This document shows positions 48,788-61,500 of a stretch of 64,000 bases of DNA, one piece after another (position 1 is the stretch's first letter; each line of letters begins with the position of its first letter). The translations under genes and the position numbers were made by a program. Under the pieces are notes generated by a model, which did no database searches, was not told where the DNA came from, and saw nothing but the letters and a program-made list of their open reading frames with translations. The stretch is taken from contig CM059432.1 of assembly GCA_030390025.1 (NCBI GenBank), positions 62,001 through 126,000 of the forward strand, written 5' to 3'. The stretch is from Squalus acanthias. Taxonomy: Eukaryota.

Positions 48788-49783
48788 AGTGTGATGGTGG
48801 CAATGGGTCAGAAGGACAGTTATGTTGGTGATGAAGCCCAGAGCAAGCGAGGGATTCTGACCCTGAAGTACCCCATTGAGCACGGGATTGTGACCAACTG
48901 GGATGACATGGAGAAGATCTGGCACCACACCTTCTACAATGAGCTGCGAGTGGCCCCAGAGGAATATCCTGTTCTCCTCACAGAGGCACCTCTCAACCCC
49001 AAAGCCAACCGGGAAAAGATGGCCCAGATCATGTTTGAGACCTTCAACACATCGGCCATGTATGTTGCCATTCAAGCTCTGCTGTCCTTGTACGCCTCTG
49101 ACCGCACAACTGGCATTGTGCTAGATTCTGGTGATGGTGTGACCCACACTGTGCCAATCTATGATGGGTATGTCTTGCGTCATGGCATCCTGCAACTAGA
49201 CCTGGCTGGCCGGCATCTCACTGACTACATGAAGAAGTTCCTGACTGAACGTGGGTATTCCTCAGCTGAGAGGGAGATCGTGAGTGACATCAAGGAGAAA
49301 CTTGCCTATGTGGCCCTAGATTTTGAATCTGAGATGCAGACGGCTAGCTCTTCCTCATCCTTGGAGAAAAGTTACGAGCTCCCTGATGGCCAAGTAATCA
49401 CCATCGGCAATGAACGTTTCAGGTGCCCAGAAGCCCTCTTCCAACCCTCCTTCATTGGACTAGATTCTGCTGGGATCCACGAGACCATTTACAACAGCAT
49501 CATGAAATGTGACCTAGAGCTCAGGAAGGATCTGTATGCCAACACCGTCTTGTCTGGTGGTTCCACCATGTTCTCTGGTATCACTGATCGGATGCAGAAG
49601 GAAGTCACAGCCTTGGCTCCGAGCACAATGAAGATTAAGATCATTGCTCCGCCTGAGAGGAAGTATTCAGTGTGGATCGGAGGATCCATCTTGGCTTGTC
49701 GCTCCAACTTCCAGCAAATGTGGATCAGCAAGCAGGAGTACGATGAGTCTGGGCCCTCTGTAATCCATCGCAAGAGGTTCTAA
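48788..49783 (+). CDS. Divergent actin-like protein copy 2, coding exon 2 (full protein 372 aa)
   Basis: Acceptor attctag|AGT; intact ORF; 10 amino-acid differences from copy 1. Confidence 0.95.
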   Translation, partial: SVMVAMGQKDSYVGDEAQSKRGILTLKYPIEHGIVTNWDDMEKIWHHTFYNELRVAPEEYPVLLTEAPLNPKANREKMAQIMFETFNTSAMYVAIQALLSLYASDRTTGIVLDSGDGVTHTVPIYDGYVLRHGILQLDLAGRHLTDYMKKFLTERGYSSAEREIVSDIKEKLAYVALDFESEMQTASSSSSLEKSYELPDGQVITIGNERFRCPEALFQPSFIGLDSAGIHETIYNSIMKCDLELRKDLYANTVLSGGSTMFSGITDRMQKEVTALAPSTMKIKIIAPPERKYSVWIGGSILACRSNFQQMWISKQEYDESGPSVIHRKRF

Positions 49784-51643
49784 CATGCAGTAGGGATCAG
49801 AACTGATCCAGGCTTAGCCCGTTTAGAATATTACCATCAGTCTTAACTCTTACACCAATGATTCAAAATGTCTCTGCATGTAGGCTCCTGGGACAGGAAG
49901 TGTTGTCTCTCTAATTCTATACCTTGATCCCAGGAGGTTTTTTAATCACAGGGTGGTGGGGGGAGATGGTGGAAAGCTTGCAGTCCTGGGTGTTGGGTAT
50001 TTACAGGATAGTCATTTATCCAGACTTCCAAAACAAACTCGAGGAACAGGAAATACTGAGATATCTGATTAATATTGTTATTCATCAAGTCAGTGATATA
50101 CATCCCATTACATGTAGTGCCCATGAGACTGGTACTGAACGTAACTCATGTGCAACGGACTCATCAGGAATGCCATAAGCACGTCCTCTTGACACGCGCT
50201 AGATTTAGCAAGACTAGGTCGAAGTCTCTAAGGAGCGTGTTGTATCTTTTATAGAGTTAATCACATTGTCCTAGCGCGATGCTATTACACGCTCTGCATA
50301 TGTCTAGTTAATACTGGAGTACGTTAGCCTCCAACATCAGTGCATTGAGCCAGGTCCAGTATGTAATACCCTTCAGTGCGTCTGCGCAATATTCTCGATC
50401 TCTTGTTTGTTGCTCACTTTGCTTGGGAACGCATGGCGTGGCCTTCACTCCCTTTGGGACATCTCCATTCAGTCTTTGTATTTCATACTGTCTCCTGACC
50501 GTTGGACCTTATTCCTCGTACATTCCTTGTCTATTCCCCACAAACTGTTAGTGAGTAATGTCTGTTACCAGGCTCTGAACTCGTCCTGTCTGTGACCTCC
50601 GAAAACTACTTGGCCCAACCAGTCCGTGCCGGCGTTTATGCTCCACTCGAGCCTCCTCCCGTCTTTCCTCATCTAACTATCAGCGTAACCCTCGATTCCC
50701 TTCTCCCTCATATGCTTGTCCAGCCTCCCCTTAAATGCATCCATACTATTCGCTTCAACCACTCCCTGTGGGAGTGAGTTCCACATTCTCACCACTCTCT
50801 GGGTAAAGAAGTTTCTCCTGAATTCCCCAATGGATTTCTTGGTCAACGTTACAGTTTGCTTTGTGCAAAGCCCAATACTGATCTAGGGTCAGACACGGTC
50901 ACTCGTTCTGAAAGGCATCCCTCTCCTGACCAATCAGTTCCTTGAACCAGCTTTTACATCAGTTGAATGCAGCTAATGTTCATTGGCTGTCGTTCATTGG
51001 CTGCCGTTCATTGTTTGCCGCTGATTGGTTGCTGCTAATTGGTTGCTGCTGATTGTAAAAGTTGCTGGAATTGCTTTGTGGAGCAGGAGGATTGGTTCAG
51101 TGCGAGCTACTCTTCTGATTGGCCAATTGACACTGAGTTGCCCCAGATGTCAGCAATCAATCTAAAATGAATCGAACAAATGTGCCCCCTTTTTGAAAGA
51201 GACACAAAATTATAAACACCCAAATTATCAATAAAACTAAGGAAACTCAGCAAATTAAACAAGGATATTGGGGGGGGTGGAATTTTAACCCCCAAAATTT
51301 GGGGTGGGTTGGGATTGGGTGGGAGGTTAAAGTGTTAAAAACTGAATCTCGACCCCAACCCGCCTCCAACCCGCCCACTTCCGGTTTTAACAATTCGGGG
51401 CGGACAGCCAACCCGCTCCCAGGAGACGGGTCGCCAATTTAAATATTATAATGAGGCTGGCGTGCCTCAGATTTAACCACCATTTCAAATTTAACTCTGG
51501 CTGGTGGGATTTCTCAGGCCTCGGTGAATCCGCCGGCTAAAGTAAGGCGAGGACTGCTGGATCCAGGAGTTAAATGTCTCTACACTTACCTCCTGTATCC
51601 AGCGTCGCTGCCTCACCCACACACCACAATCGGACACCCCCAC

Positions 51644-51897
51644 AAGGCCTGATCACCCCCCACGAGGCCTGATCACCCCCCACGAGGCCTGATCACCCCC
51701 CACGAGGCCTGATCACCCCCCACGAGGCCTGATCACCCCCCACGAGGCCTGATCACCCCCCACGAGGCCTGATCACCCCCCACAAGGCCTGATCACCCCC
51801 CACGAGGCCTGATCACCCCCCACGAGGCCTGATCACCCCCCACGAGGCCTGATCACCCCCCACGAGGCCTCCGATTCCCCCCACGAGGCCTCCGATT
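51644..51897. repeat. 20-bp minisatellite x11 plus variants
   Basis: Paralog of 10901-11115 with two more units. Confidence 0.93.
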
Positions 51898-52140
51898 GCC
51901 TTTCCAGACATCAGCAAATAGGGCCGGCCCTGTGGGGAACCCGTTCTCCTGGGTTTCCCCACCACTACCTCGACCCCCTCCTCCCCCGCCCCAGTCTCTC
52001 GGTGCCCACCAGTGGCTGAAGGCCTCAAGTGTGTTCCGTGCGATCTAACTTGTACCAAACTTCCACAGCTTCCCCCTTCAATCTTTACATTGGTACCCGT
52101 CTGACCAGTGAGATTTACTCTACCTGTCGCGCTCTCTCTC

Positions 52141-52176
<36 letters not shown>

Positions 52177-52871
52177 GCTCACTCTCTCTCGCTCTCTATC
52201 TTTCTCACACACTCTCTCTCTCTCTCTCTCGCTCTCGCTCTCGCTCTCTCTCGCTCTCTCTCTCGCTCGCTCTCTCTCGCGCTCTCTCACTCTCGCACTC
52301 TCTCTCACACTCTCTCTCTCTCGCTCTCTCGCGCTCTCTCTCTCGCTCTCTCTCGCTCTCTCGCTCTCACTCTCACGCTCTCGCGGTCTCTCTCTCTCTC
52401 TCTCACTCACTCTTGCGCTCTCTCTCGCGCTCTCTCTCTCACACACTCTCTCTCTCTCTCGCTCGCTCTCTCTCGCTCTCTCTCTCGCGCTCTCTCTCTC
52501 TCTTTCACACTCTCTCTCTTTCTCTCTCTCTCGCTCTCTCACTCTCTTACTCTCTCGATCTCTCACTCTCTCACTCTCTCACTCTCTCACGCTCTCACTC
52601 TCTCTCTGTCTCTCTGTCTCTCTGTCTCTCTCTCTCTCTCTCACTCTCGCTCTCTCGCTCTCGCTCTCTCGCTCTCTCGCTCTCAATAGCTCTCTCTCGC
52701 TCTCTCGCTCTCGCTCTCTCACTCTCTCTCTGTCTCTCTCTCTCTCTCTCACTCTCTCTCGCGCTCTCTGTCTCACACTCTCTCTCTCTCTGTCTCTCTC
52801 TCTCTCACTCTCACTCTCTCTCTCTCTCTCTCTCCCTCTCACACTCTCTCTCTCTCTCTCTCTCTCGCTCT

Positions 52872-54241
52872 TGTAAGCTTCGCAAAATTCCCCAGGAACT
52901 TGTATAGAACCCTAAAAAGTGTTGATTTTTTGATTTTTCATACGAATTTGGGATGATGGGACCTAAATGAAGTGATTTGAGGCCAAAACCTCAGTTTTGG
53001 ACATTTTTAAAGATCAGGGAAGAAAACCCCTGAGGAAAATGACTTTTGGATATAACTATTGGGAAAAACACCTTTCACAGACACAAGACAGGCTGCGGAG
53101 GGGTGTGGCGAGGCAGTGGACAGCTTTTGGCTTTGGGGCCCAGTCAAGCTGTCTGGAAATTGTTTGCACTGCAATCCAAGCAGGAGGAAGAGCCTCACCC
53201 AAAACCTCACAAACACATCCAAAATTGAATAATTCAAGACACCTTTTGAAAATCCCCAGTCAAGAAACCTAAAACGCGAGGACAATGCAAACTCCGATTA
53301 AGCAACAGATCGACAGGATGGAGCTAAACAAAACCAGTTAACACGCTGGTAAAGTCGTTACTGTTAACGAGGTCTTACAATGAGCAGGATTTGATTTGGT
53401 TTTGATAAGGCCACTTCAATTTAGTATAATTGAAGGCCCATCAAGCAGTTACAGCAGTTGAAGTTCTCCAGTAAAACAGTTCAAGTTCAACAGAATTGAA
53501 AACCTGTGTTGAACAGAGTTCAGACAAGCAGGCAGAAGGCAGTTTCCACAGTTCTGCAAGAAGGCAGTTCCACAGCTCGGAAGAAGACAGTTTAAACAGA
53601 AGTGAGAAGTCGCACAACACCAGGTTATAGTCCAACAGTTTTATTTGAAATCACAAGCTTTCGGAGCTGCTGCTCCTTCGTCAGGTGAAGTGAAGGAATA
53701 CGAATCGGCAAAGCATATAGAGACAGAGAACAGAATTTAAACAGAGGCAGAGTTACAGCAAGAAGTTCAACAAAGAAGGCCAACAACTTCACAAGCAGAC
53801 CGACACGCAAGAAGAAACCAGAGCGACTGCCTCAGTGACCATCGGACACCTCGCGGCAACAAGGGCCTTACCAAACCTTTTACTCAAAAGACTCTAAACC
53901 CTAACTCTCAACTGTCAAGGATTGGTTTGGTGAGCATTATCCCTGGTTCTCCAGAGTCCAACCGAGCTAGTGAAGTGGGATTGGGAGGGGTGAAGTATTC
54001 TCCTAATGTCATTTCCCTCGCTCGTACCGAAGTGTTCCCCACCTTTAGAGTGTTAAGAGTGTTTGTGTTGTGTTTTACTTCCTTGAATAAAAGTCAAAGT
54101 TCTTACATCAGAACCTGTTGTCTACTGCACCTTTGTTCACAACCCCCAAATAAGTCCAAGGTCTAGAACCAGGGGCGTGGGAGCGATTCGAACCGCTCAC
54201 TGAGTCAGAGGTGAGGCTGACCCCCCACACCACCCCCTAAA
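52872..54241 (+). mobile_element. Solo LTR, unit-2 copy (terminal CA mutated to AA), between CT microsatellites
   Basis: Near-identical to 12087-13456. Confidence 0.7.
53651..53688 (-). ncRNA. Minimal type-I hammerhead ribozyme, unit-2 copy
   Basis: Identical motif to 12866-12903. Confidence 0.75.
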
Positions 54242-54842
54242 CTCTCTCTCTCTCTCTCTCTCTCTCACTCACACTCTCTCTCTCTCTCTCGCTCTCTCAC
54301 TCTCTCTCTCTCGCTCACACTCTCTCTCTCGCTCTCGCTCTCTCTCTCACACTCACACTCTCTCTCTCTCTCTCTCTCGCTCTCTCTCTCACACTCTCTC
54401 TCTCATTCTGTCTCTCTCTCTCACTATCTCGCACATTCTCTCTCTCTCACTCTCTCTCTCTCACTCTTTCACTCTCTCTCTCTCACTCTGTCTCTCTATC
54501 TCACTCTCTCTCACATTCTCTCTCTCACTCACTCTCTCACACTCTAACTCTCTCTCACTCTCTCACTCTCACTCTCTCTCTCACACACTCTCTCTCTCAC
54601 TCTCACACTCTTGCTCTCTTTCGCTCTCACACTCTCTCTCTCACACTCTCTCTCACACACTCTTTCTCACACTCTCCCTTTCACACTCTCTCTCTCTCTC
54701 TCTTACACTCTCTCTCTCACACACTCTCTCTTTCACACTCTCTCACTCTCTTTCTCACACTCTCTTTCTCACACTCTCTCTCTCACGCGCTCTCTCTCTC
54801 ACACTCTCTCTCCCACACTCTCTGTCAGTCTCTTTCAGCATT

Positions 54843-55380
54843 ACTGAGGGAGCGCCGCACTGTCGGAGGGGCAATACTGAGGGAGAGCCGCACTGTCGGA
54901 GGGGCAGTACTGAGGGAGGGCTGCACTGTCGGAGGGGCAGTACTGAGGGAGCGCTGCACTGTCTGAGAGGCAGTACAGTGGGAGAGCCGCACTGTCGGAA
55001 GGGCAGTACTGAGGGAGCGCCGCACTGTCGGAGGGGCAGTACTGAGGGAGCGCCGCACTGTCGGAGGGGCAGTACTGAGGGAGCGCCGCACTGTCGGAGG
55101 GGCAGTACTGAGGGAGCGCCGCACTGTCGGAGGGGCAGTACTGAGGGAGAGCTGCACTGTCGGAGGGGCAGTACTGAGGGAGCGCTGCACTGTCGGAGGG
55201 GCAGTACTGAGGGAGCGCGGCACTGTCGGAGGGTCTGTACTGAGGGAGCGCTGCACTGTTGGAGGGGCAGTACTGAGGGAGCGCCGCACTGTCGGAGGGG
55301 CAGTACTGAGGGAGTGCTGCACTGTCGGTGGGGCAGTACTGAGGGAGCGCCGCACTGTCGGAGGGGCAGTACTGAGGGAG
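54843..55380. repeat. 33-bp minisatellite, ~16 copies
   Basis: Paralog of 14059-14597. Confidence 0.95.
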
Positions 55381-57110
55381 TTCTTCTTCTTCTTAGGCAG
55401 TCCCTCGGAACCGAGGATGACTTGCTTCCACACTAAAAATAAGTTCTCAGGTGACTGATGAATCCAATGTGGGACCTACAGTCTTTGTCACAGGTGGGGC
55501 AGACGGTGGTTGAAGGGGTGGGTGGGTGGGGTACTTGGGATGACGTGCGCTGTTTGCTCCCGGTGAAGAGAGTCGAGGTGTTCGACGCCTTCCCGGATGC
55601 TTCTCCTCCACTTTGTGCGGTCTTGGGCCAGGGATTCCCAGGTGTCGGTGGGGATGTTACACTTTTTCAAGGAGGCTTTGAGGGTGTTCTTGAAGCATTT
55701 TCTCGGTCCACCTGGGGCTCTCTTGCCGTGTCGGAACTCCGAGTAGAGCGCTTGTTTTGGGAGTCTCGTATCGGGCATGCGGACGATGTGACCCATCCAT
55801 CGGAGCTGATCGAGCGTGGTCAAAGCTTCGATGCTGGGGATGTTGGCCTGAGCGAGAACACTGACGTTGGTGCGCCTATCCTGCCAATGGATTTGCAGGA
55901 TCTTGCAGAGGCAGCGTTGGTGGTATCTCTCCAGTGCTTTGAGGTGCCAGCTGTCCATGGTCCATGTCTCTGAGGCATACAGGAGGGCGGGTATCACTAC
56001 TGCTCTGTAGACCATGAGCTTAGTGTCGGGTTTGAGGTCCTGGTCTTCAAACACTCTCTTCCTCCGGGGACAAAGGCTGCACTAGCACACTGAAGGCGGG
56101 GTTGGACTTCGTCATCGATGTCTGCCCTTGTTGAGGGAGTGCAGCGAAGATTCACCAGACTGATACCTGGGATGGCAGGAATGACGTATGAAGAGAGATT
56201 GGGACGATTAGGCTTATATTCGCTAGAGTTTAGAAGAATGAGAGGGGATCTCATTGAAACTTATAAAATTCTAACAGGACTAGACAGACTAGATGCAGGA
56301 AGGATGTTCCCGATGGCGGGGGAGTCCAGATCCAGGGGTCACAGTCTAAGGATAAGGGGTAAGCCATTTAGGACTGAGATGAGGATGAATTTCTTCACCC
56401 AGAGAGTGTTGAAACTGTGAAATTCTCTATCACATAAGGCAGTTGAGGCCAATTCATTAAATATATTCAAGAAGGAGTTAGATATATTTCTTAAGGCTAA
56501 AGGGATCAAGGGATATGAGGAGAAAGCAGGGACAGGGTACTGAATTTGGATGATCAGCCATGATCTCATTAAATGGAGGAGCAGGCTCGAGGGGCCGAAT
56601 GGCCTACTCCTGCTCCTATCTTCTATGTTGACAGTAGGCTCCCAAGGTATGGAAAGTGGTCCACGTTGTCCAAGGCCTCGTCATCGATTTTGATAATCGG
56701 GGGGCAGTACTGTGTAGCAGGGGCAGGTTGGTAGAGGACCTTTGTCTTACAGATGTTTAGTGTAAGGCCCATGCTCTCGTACGCTTCGGTGAAGGTGTTA
56801 ATGCTGGTTTGGAGTTCGGCCTCAGAGTGAGCGCAGACGCAAGCATCGTCTGCATACTGTAATTCGATGACAGAGGATGGGACGACCTTGGATCTGGACT
56901 GGAGGCGACGGAGGTTGAACAGTTTCCCGTTTGTTCTGTAGATTAGCTCCACTCCAGCGGGAGCTTACTGAGGGTGTGTTGGAGCATTGCAGCCAGGAAT
57001 ATCGAGAAGAGCATTGTGCGATGGCACAGCCTTGCTTGACCCCGGTCCGTACGTGAATTGGGTCTGTGGTAGATCCGTTGGTCAGGATCACGGCTTGCAT
57101 GTCATCGCGA
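55381..57110 (-). mobile_element. RTE LINE 3' part with nested CR1 fragment, unit-2 copy
   Basis: ORFs 55488..56054 and 56623..56952 (LQYADD). Confidence 0.88.
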
Positions 57111-58523
57111 GGGTTAGCCTAACATCAGTAGTAGAGAAAATGCTAGAGTCTATTCTAAAGGATGTGATAACAGGACACTTAGAAAATATCAACGGGATTA
57201 GACAAAGTCAACATGCATTTATGAAAGGGAAATTGTGTTTGACAAACCTACTGGAGTTTTTTGAGGATGTAACTGGTAGAATAGATAAAGGAGAAACAGT
57301 GGATGTGGTGTATTTGGATTTTCAGAAGGTCTTTGATAAAGTCCCACATAAGAGGTTCGTGTGCAAAATTAAAGCACATGGGATTGGGGTAATATACTGG
57401 CATGGATTGAAAATTGGTTAACAGACAGGAAACAGAAAGTAGGAATAAATGGGTCTTTTTCGGGGTGGCAGGCGGTGACTAGTGGGGTACCGCAGGGATC
57501 AGTGCTTGGGCCCCAGCTATTCACAATATATATCAATGATTTGGATGAGGGAACCAAATGTAATAGTTCCAAGTTTGCTGACGACATGAAACTAGGTGGG
57601 ATTGTGAGTTGTGAGGAGGATGCAAAGAGGCTTCAAGGCGATTTAGACAAGTTGAGTGAGTGGGCAAATACATGGCAGATGCAGTATAACGTGGATAAAT
57701 GTGAAGTTATCCACTTCGGTAGGAAAAGCAGAAAGGTAGAGTATTATTTAAATGGTGATAGATTGGGAAATGCTGATGTACAAAGGGACCTGGGTGTCCT
57801 TGTACACCAGTCACTGAAAGCAAACATGCAGGTGCAGCAAGCAATTAGGAAGGCAAATGGCATATTGGCCTTCATTGCAAGAGGATTTGAGTACAGGAGC
57901 AAGGATGTCTTACTACAGTTATACATGGCCTTGGTGAGACCACACCTGGAGTACTGTGTCCAGTTTTGGTCTCCTTACCTAAGTAAGGATATACTTGCCA
58001 TAGAGGGAGTGCAGCGAAGGTTCACCAGACTGATTCCTGGGATGGCAGGACTGTCCTATGAGGAGAGATTGGGTCGAGTAGGCCTGTATTCACTAGAGTT
58101 TAGAAGAATGAGAGGGGATCTCATTGAAACGTATAAAATTCTGACAGGGCGAGACAGACTGGATGCAGGGAGGATGTTTCCCCTGGCTGGGGGGGTCTAG
58201 AACGAGGGTTCACAGTCTCAGAATACGGGGTAGGACATTTAGGACTGAGATGAGGAGAAATTTCTTCACTCAGAGGGTGGTGAACCTGTGGAATTCTCTA
58301 CCACAGAAGGCTGTGGAGGCCAAGTCACTGAATATATTTAAGAAGGAGATAGATAGATTTCTAGACACAAAATGCGTCAAGGGGTATGGGGAGAGAGTGG
58401 GAATATGGTATTGAGATAGAGGATCAGCCATGATCATATTGAATGGCGGAGCAGGCTGGAACGGTCGAATGTACAAAGGGACCTGGGTGTCCTTGTACAC
58501 CAGTCACTGAAAGCAAACACAAA

Positions 58524-61500
58524 TCCCGAGACTCGAGGCCCAGACCGAGCTATTGGGAGCAGCAGTGAGAGCGGACCGACCTGTGAGGGAACAGGCAAAG
58601 GAGGAGCGAGGAAATAAAGCCTGAGGCTCGAGGCCCAGACCGAGCTATTGGGAGCAGCAGCGAGAGTGGACCGACCTGTGAGGGAACAGGCGAAGGAGGA
58701 GCGAGGAATTAAAGCCTGAGGCTCGAGGCCCAGACCGAGCTATTGGGAGCAGCAGCGAGAGCGGACCGACCTGTGAGGGAACAGGCGAAGGAGGAGCGAG
58801 GAAATAAAGCCTGAGGCTCGAGGCCCAGACCGAGCTATTGGGAGCAGCAGCGAGAGCGGACCGACCTGTGAGGGAACAGGCGAAGGAGGAGCGAGGAAAT
58901 AAAGCCTGAGGCTCGAGGCCCAGACCGAGCTATTGGGAGCAGCAGCGAGAGTGGACCTCAACAGGCAACATTCGAAAGTGACGTCAGAGATTAAAAGTGA
59001 CGTCGGCACAAGGGAAGGAGCTGATTGGTCAGTAGGACCTGGTGAGTATTTCTACAGCCCAGTGGTTAAAGTAAAAGTAAGGTCTCTAATTTAGAGTAAG
59101 TAGTGTTTAAAGTGAAGTAAGGTCACTAATGTATTTAATATTCTTTAATTTATAGGAAGTAAAGGGAGTAAATTAAGGGTAGGACATGGCAGGGCAGCTC
59201 GGCAGCATGGAGTGCTCCTCCTGTGCTATGTGGGAAGTCACGGACACTTTCGGTGTCCAGGGTGAACACTTGTGTAGGAAGTGTCTCCAGCTGCAGCTAC
59301 TCAAAATCCACGTTTCGGAGCTGGAGCTGCTGCTGGAGTCACTGTGGAGCATCCGCGAAGCTGAGATCTTCATGGATAGCACGTTTAACGAGGTGGTCAC
59401 ACCGCAGGTAAAGAGTGCACAGGCAGAAAGGGAATGGGTGACTGCCAGACAGAGTAAAAGAACTAGGAAGGTAGTGCGGGATTCCCCTGGGTCCCTCTCC
59501 CTCTCCAACAGATTTTCCGTTTTGGATACTGCTGGGGGAGATGGTTTCTCAGGGGAATGCAGCAAGAGCCAAGTCCGTGGCACTACGAGTGGCTCAGCTG
59601 CACAGGAGGGGAGGAAAAAGAGTGGGAGAGCAATAGTGATAGGGGATTCTATCGTAAGGGGAACAGATAGATGTTTCTGTGGCCGCAGACGTGACTCCAG
59701 GATGGTATGTTGCCTCCCTGGTGCCAGGGTCAAGGATGTCACTGAGCGGCTGCAGGACATTCAGAAGGGGGAGGGTAAACAGCCAGAGGTCGTGGTCCAT
59801 ATCGGTACCAATGACATAGGTAGAAAGAGGGATGAGGTCCTGCAAGCAGAATATAGGGAGCTAGGAAATAAATTAAAAAGCAGGACCTCAAAGGTAGTAA
59901 TCTCAGGATTACTCCCAGTGCCACGTGCTAGCGAGAGCAGAAATAGGAGAATAGACCAGATGAATGCGTGGCTGGAGAGATGGTGTAGGAGGGAGGGATT
60001 TAAATTCCTGAGGCATTGGGACCGATTCTGGGGAAGGTGGGACCTGTACAAGCTGGACAGGTTACACCTCGGCAGAAACGGGACCAACATCCTCGCAGGG
60101 GGGTTTGCTAGTGCTGTTGGGAAGGATTTGAACTAGTTTGTCAGGGGGCTGGGAGCCTAAGTGTGAGCCCAGAACGGAGAGAAACAAAGCTGGAAGTGCA
60201 AGTTAGAAAAGTACTCAGCAAAACTAGTAGGGAGCAGAAACAAAGGCCAACAGTAAAGAGGGACAAAGTGCAGAAAAATATTAAACAGGCAAAGTTGAAG
60301 GCACTTTATCTAAATGCACGTAGCATTTGCAACAAGGTGGATGAATTAATGGCATTAATAGAAGTAAATGGGTATGATGTAATTGCCATTACAGAGACAT
60401 GGTAGCAGGGTAACCAAAGCTGGGAACTGAATGTTCCAGGGTACTCAACATTTAGGAAGGACAGACAAAAAGGAAAAAGAGGTGGCGTAGCGCTGTTAAT
60501 AAGGGATGAGATCGGTACGGTAGAGATAAAAGATCTTGGCTTTGCAGATCGTGATGCAGAACTGGAATCAGTTTGGGTGGAGCTAAGAAACAGCAAAGGG
60601 CGGAAAACATTGGTGGGAGTTGTGTATAGGCCACCAAACAGTAATGGTAATGTAGGGCACAGTATCAATCAAGAGATTAGAAGTGCATGTAACAAGGGCA
60701 ATACGGTAATCATGGGGGACTTTAATCTACATATTGACTGGGCAAATCAAATTACCACTAATGGTGTGGAGGACGAATTCTTGGAATGCATGCAAGATGG
60801 TTTCCTGGATCAGTATGTGGAGGAACCAACCAGGGAACAGGTTATTCTGGATCTGCTACTGTGTAATGAGAAAGGGCTAATCAATAATCTTGTGGTAAAG
60901 GAGCCTTTAGGGACAAGTGACCATAATATGATTGAATTTTACATTAAGTTTGAGAGTGATGTCGTCCAATCTGAAACTAAGGTCTTCAATCTAAACAGAG
61001 GAAACTACAAGGGTATGAGGGACAAGTTGGCCATGATAGATTGGGAGTCTACACTAAAAGGTATGAAGGTGGACATACAATGGCTAACATTCAAGGAAAT
61101 AATGCATAATTTGCAACAAACATATATTCCTCTAGGGCATAAAAACCCAAAAGGAAAAGTGATCCAACCATGGCTAACAAAAGAAATTAAAGCTAGTATT
61201 AAGTCAAAGGAGGAAGCTTATAAAGTTGCCAGAAAAAGCAGTCAGCCTGAGGATTGGGATCTTTTTAGAAATCAGCAAAAGGGGGAGCAAGAAATTGATA
61301 AAGAAAGGGAAAATGGAATATGAGCACAATCTAGCGAAAAATATAAAAACAGATTGTAAAAGCTTCTATAGGTATGTGAAAAGGAAAAGACTGGCGAAGG
61401 TAAATGTAGGTCCTTTACAGTCAGAGACGGGAGAATTTATAATGGGGAATGAGGAAATGGCAGTGAAATTCAATAAATACTTTGTTTCTGTCTTCACGGA

